From Thermomicrobia bacterium (GTDB lineage: Bacteria > Chloroflexota > Chloroflexia > Thermomicrobiales > Thermomicrobiaceae), in assembly GCA_040255925.1 (NCBI GenBank), contig JBDZVX010000002.1, positions 17,232 to 81,231 of the forward strand: a stretch of 64,000 nucleotides of DNA, given 5' to 3'. The notes beneath the pieces are model-generated. The model was not told the origin of the DNA. It searched no databases and saw nothing but the letters and a program-made list of their open reading frames with translations. This document shows positions 60,533 to 64,000 of this stretch, piece after piece. Numbering within the stretch: position 1 is the first letter of the stretch; every line of letters begins with the position of its first letter. Both the position numbers and the translations under genes were made by a program.

Positions 60533-60871
60533 TCAATGGTCCAGCCGGAGCAGGATGTCACCCGTTTCGTCAACGCGGATTTCATAGGTTTTCAGCGCCG
60601 GACAGGCATTCCCTATAGGCTTTCCCGTAGCCAGCTCGAACATGAATCCATGGAGCGGGCAGATGAGTTGTCCCGCTCCGACCAGGCCATCGGCCAGCGG
60701 GCCTGCTTCGTGAGGACAGAGCGCCTGAGTGGCGCGCACGCCGTTCCCTCTCACGCGAAAGACAGCCACGGCAGTAGGACCGACCTGGAAGACCCGGCCC
60801 TCCCCCTCGGGAATCTTGGTTACTGGTCCAAGGTTGTACGCCTGGCTCTTGCACTGCATTGCGGTAGCCAT
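60533..60871 (-). CDS. nirD: Nitrite reductase small subunit (Rieske-type)
   Basis: CPH..GPLADG and CPLH...F.L.TG. Downstream of nirB. AGGAG before the ATG at 60871. Confidence 0.88.
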   Translation of the reverse strand: MATAMQCKSQAYNLGPVTKIPEGEGRVFQVGPTAVAVFRVRGNGVRATQALCPHEAGPLADGLVGAGQLICPLHGFMFELATGKPIGNACPALKTYEIRVDETGDILLRLDH

Positions 60872-60934
60872 CAAGCTCTCCTGTTTTTCCTTCCACTCAT
60901 GATTCCGCGACATGAACCGGATATTCCTAATCCA

Positions 60935-63409
60935 CTACCCCTTGGGTTTCGCGTGGATCTCAACCTGACCGAGCGGAGCCAGGGCGCCGGCGAACTGATC
61001 AGGATGGACAGGGTCACTTCCCTCCTTCCAGGGATCAACGTAGGCATCCACCGCGGCCTGGATATCCCGATCCAGTCGCTGACAGATCCCCTCGGCATCA
61101 TCCACCAGTACACGCCGGAGCTGATCGATTCCGATGCGCTCGACAAAGTCGTAGGTCCGCTCCTGGTACTTGCCATGCTCGCGGTAGTACTGCATAAAGC
61201 GTCCCATGCAATTTACGACTTCGTCGTGAGAATCCACGACGCACAGCACATCGCCCTTGCGGACACGAGAGCCGGCCGCACCGCCGACGTAGATCTCCCA
61301 TTTGTCGCCTTCGATCGCGATTGCGCCCAGGTCCTTCGTCGTGGCCTCCGAGCAGTTGCGCGGGCATCCGGCCGTGGCTAACTTCAGCTTATGGGGGGTC
61401 TCGATGCCTTGAAATCGCTTCTCGATCCTAATCCCAAGGCCGGTGCTATCACCGAGGCCATAGCGGCAGAACTCACTTCCAACGCACGTCTTACAGGTGC
61501 GGAACGCTTTGGTGTACGCATGGCCGGACGGCATACCTAGATCTTCCCAGACTGCCGGAAGCTGCTCCTTGGGAATGCCGAGGAGATCGATACGCTGTCC
61601 GCCGGTTATCTTGATCATCGGAACGTGATACTTCTCCGCCACATCGGCGATGAGCCGGAGTTGGCGCGGGGTAACCACCCCACCGTAGATCCGCGGGATG
61701 ACGCTGAACGTGCCATCGTTCTGGATGTTGGCGTGCACGCGGTCGTTGATGAACCGGGCGTCCCGCTCATCTTCGTACGCCTGACCCCAAATGGTCTTTA
61801 GGAGCGATGCAAGCCCAGGTTTACTGCCGGGGTCCTCGTTTCCATCGGCCAAAGCGTTGAACACGGCGGAGACGCTGCGTAGGTCTCGCGCTCTGATGGC
61901 CTTGATCAGCTCGGCCTTCGTCAGCGCCACTCCCGGCACATAGTAATGGGCCGCCGGATCATCGACCTCCAGACCACCAGCCACCAATGAGAGCAGAGCC
62001 TGGATCTGGGGCTTACAGGAGCCACAACCCGTGCCCGCGCGCGTCGCTGCACATACGCCCTTTAGGCTGCAATGCCCTGCGATGACCGCCGCGACGATCT
62101 CGCCCTTCGACACGCCGTTGCAGTTGCAGATCTGGGCGGTATCCGGCAAGTCACCCACGCCAGGCGCTTCGGACTTCTCCGCCGACGGAAACAGGAGTTC
62201 CGCTCGGTTCTCCGGAAGGATCTCTTCCCGGTCAAAGATCTGAAGCAGCCGGGGAGCAACATGGCTATCACCGAGCACGATAGCTCCGGCCAAAGTCCCG
62301 TCCCGCACGATGAGCTTCTTGTACACCCCGCGCGACGGCTCCACGAAGGTGACGACCTCATCTCCCTCGTGGTCGGGTTCCTTGTCACCCATTACCAGCA
62401 GGTCCAGACCCACGACCTTCAGGGTAGTCGAAACCTTTGACCGTCGATAGATCGCCTTCGGGTTTCGGCCGGTGAGCCGGTCAGCAAGGATGCCCGCCTG
62501 CCGCCAAAGCGGGGCCACCAGACCGTAGGTTTGACCACGGTGCTGAGCGCACTCGCCGATCGCATAAACGTCCGGGTCATTCTGAGTGGAGAGGTCGTCA
62601 TGGACCACAATACCCCGGTTCACCAGCAGCCCGGCTTGCTTCGCCAGGTCGACGTTGAGGCGGATACCAGTGGCTATGACGACCATATCGCAGTCCAACG
62701 TCGAGCCATCGCTGAACGTCAGGCCGGTGACGTGCCGTTCATCTAGGACCGCCATGGTCCGGGTCTCAAGATGAATTGATACTCCCACGTTCTCCAACGC
62801 CTGCTTGAGCAGCGCGCCAGCGGACGGGTCGAGCTGGCGGTCCATCAGGTACGGGCCAACGTGGACGACATGCACCTCAGCTCCCCGGTTGCGCAGTCCC
62901 CACGCGGCTTCTAACCCCAGGAGGCCCCCGCCGATCACCGCGATCTTCCTTGAATGAGTGGCATACCGGATCATGCCCTGACAGTCATCCAACGTCCGAA
63001 AGACAAAGACACCGGTCTTGAACGCGCCAGTCTCATCGGTGACGCCGTCCAGGGAAGGTATATAGGGAGTGCTACCGGTCGCAATGACGAGTTTGTCATA
63101 TGGCTCGGCAATACCGCCTGCCGCATGCACCACCTTACACACCCGGTCTATCCAGCCGGCACGGACGCCGGCATGCAGCGTCACCCCGTTGTCTTGATAC
63201 CAAGCAAGCGGATGATAAAAGATATCGTCGATATCGTCGGTACCGGCTAGGACACCGGAGAGGCGGATACGGTTGTAGTTGCCATAGGGCTCGTCGCCGA
63301 AAACCACGATATCGAAGAGATGATTCCCTCGGCGGGTCAGTATATCTTCGACGAATCGAGCCCCTGCCATGCCATTGCCGATGACGACGAGCCGCTGCTT
63401 CTTGGCCAC
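60935..63409 (-). CDS. nirB: NAD(P)H-dependent assimilatory nitrite reductase large subunit
   Basis: GNGMAG, YNRI.LS, GGGLLGLEAA, BFD-like CNC...CGSC, ANIQNDGTFSV.PR, siroheme/FeS ligands KTCVG..C and GCPRNC. GTG at 63409 with a GGAG RBS (alternative TTG at 63424). Confidence 0.93.
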   Translation of the reverse strand: MAKKQRLVVIGNGMAGARFVEDILTRRGNHLFDIVVFGDEPYGNYNRIRLSGVLAGTDDIDDIFYHPLAWYQDNGVTLHAGVRAGWIDRVCKVVHAAGGIAEPYDKLVIATGSTPYIPSLDGVTDETGAFKTGVFVFRTLDDCQGMIRYATHSRKIAVIGGGLLGLEAAWGLRNRGAEVHVVHVGPYLMDRQLDPSAGALLKQALENVGVSIHLETRTMAVLDERHVTGLTFSDGSTLDCDMVVIATGIRLNVDLAKQAGLLVNRGIVVHDDLSTQNDPDVYAIGECAQHRGQTYGLVAPLWRQAGILADRLTGRNPKAIYRRSKVSTTLKVVGLDLLVMGDKEPDHEGDEVVTFVEPSRGVYKKLIVRDGTLAGAIVLGDSHVAPRLLQIFDREEILPENRAELLFPSAEKSEAPGVGDLPDTAQICNCNGVSKGEIVAAVIAGHCSLKGVCAATRAGTGCGSCKPQIQALLSLVAGGLEVDDPAAHYYVPGVALTKAELIKAIRARDLRSVSAVFNALADGNEDPGSKPGLASLLKTIWGQAYEDERDARFINDRVHANIQNDGTFSVIPRIYGGVVTPRQLRLIADVAEKYHVPMIKITGGQRIDLLGIPKEQLPAVWEDLGMPSGHAYTKAFRTCKTCVGSEFCRYGLGDSTGLGIRIEKRFQGIETPHKLKLATAGCPRNCSEATTKDLGAIAIEGDKWEIYVGGAAGSRVRKGDVLCVVDSHDEVVNCMGRFMQYYREHGKYQERTYDFVERIGIDQLRRVLVDDAEGICQRLDRDIQAAVDAYVDPWKEGSDPVHPDQFAGALAPLGQVEIHAKPKG

Positions 63410-63843
63410 AGCGCTGATCTCCAATCGTAGTCGTAGTACCCGTCAATCGTGTCTCGATACGGAGACTCTGATGCCCGAACGCCAGATGCATCCCCTTTTT
63501 AGTCTCAAAGACGAGGGTATCCTAGGACCTCCGGCCAGTCATCGGACGGACCGAATGGAATCGCCGCTCGATTCATGTGCTTCCTGCACAATAACTTCGG
63601 AGACCGACCCTATCGCTCATGCGCTCAGCCTAACAGCTCAGGAGGACACCTCCAGAGCCATGTTGCTCAGGAAACACTAAGCGCCAACAACCTGAGGAAA
63701 AGGCGTCCACACACGATGTGTCTTGCTGAATATTGGATGACAACATCGGCACATTGGAGAACAACGCGTTCGCATTGACCGGCTCCGTTTGGCGCGCCTA
63801 TACTGCTACTACGGTAGATAGCCGTCTGGGATGGAGAAATCGC

Positions 63844-64000
63844 ATGCGTATCGCCTATCTAGGACCAGAGGGAACCTTCAGCGAGGAGGCGGCGCTACTA
63901 CAGGCGGCGCGTGATGGCGGAGCCTCGCTCGTTCCCTTCTCGACCTTCCCCGCCCTGGTCTCGGCGGTCGAGACAGGCCTGGCGGACCGCGCGATTCTCC
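63844..64000 (+). CDS. pheA: Prephenate dehydratase, N-terminal part (truncated by the window edge)
   Basis: Translates MRIAYLGPEGTFSEEAA..., the typical PDT N-terminus. GGAG RBS. Confidence 0.88.
   Translation, partial: MRIAYLGPEGTFSEEAALLQAARDGGASLVPFSTFPALVSAVETGLADRAIL

Overview
GC-rich bacterial chromosome segment. Gene content and protein style suggest Chloroflexota of the Thermomicrobia/Sphaerobacter type; this is an inference, and no search was run. Most of the window is housekeeping. mreD-mrdA-minCDE runs straight into a propionyl-CoA carboxylase/methylmalonyl-CoA cluster. The dcw cluster follows (mraZ-rsmH-ftsL-ftsI-murF-mraY-murD-ftsW-murC-murB-ddl-ftsQ // ftsA-ftsZ-nrdR) with no murE or murG. 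Then come trxA, three GT4 glycosyltransferases, two tandem secreted CAP-domain proteins, recG-degV-degV-DAK2, rpmB, prfA-prmC, a general-stress-type small-protein cluster, nirBD and the start of pheA. The most striking element is a ~2.2 kb insert between ftsQ and ftsA encoding three paralogous small precursor-like peptides. They share the leader ELQAE(Q/E)LxVLP(Q/D)RLET and have either Gln/Asn-rich curli-like cores with a Cys pair or a Gly/Trp-repeat core. Each gene is followed by a member of a hairpin family that recurs, 28/28 nt identical, after a Trp-rich secreted CAP protein gene. Also notable: a Doc-type toxin-antitoxin islet flanked by a 136-bp diverged duplication of a gene 3' end, with an apparently mutated toxin start codon; DnaA boxes interleaved with MraZ-type boxes at the dcw promoter; two sigma54-like motifs; and an unannotated membrane-anchored papain-like Cys/His/Asp protein. 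No rRNA, tRNA, CRISPR array or transposase was seen.
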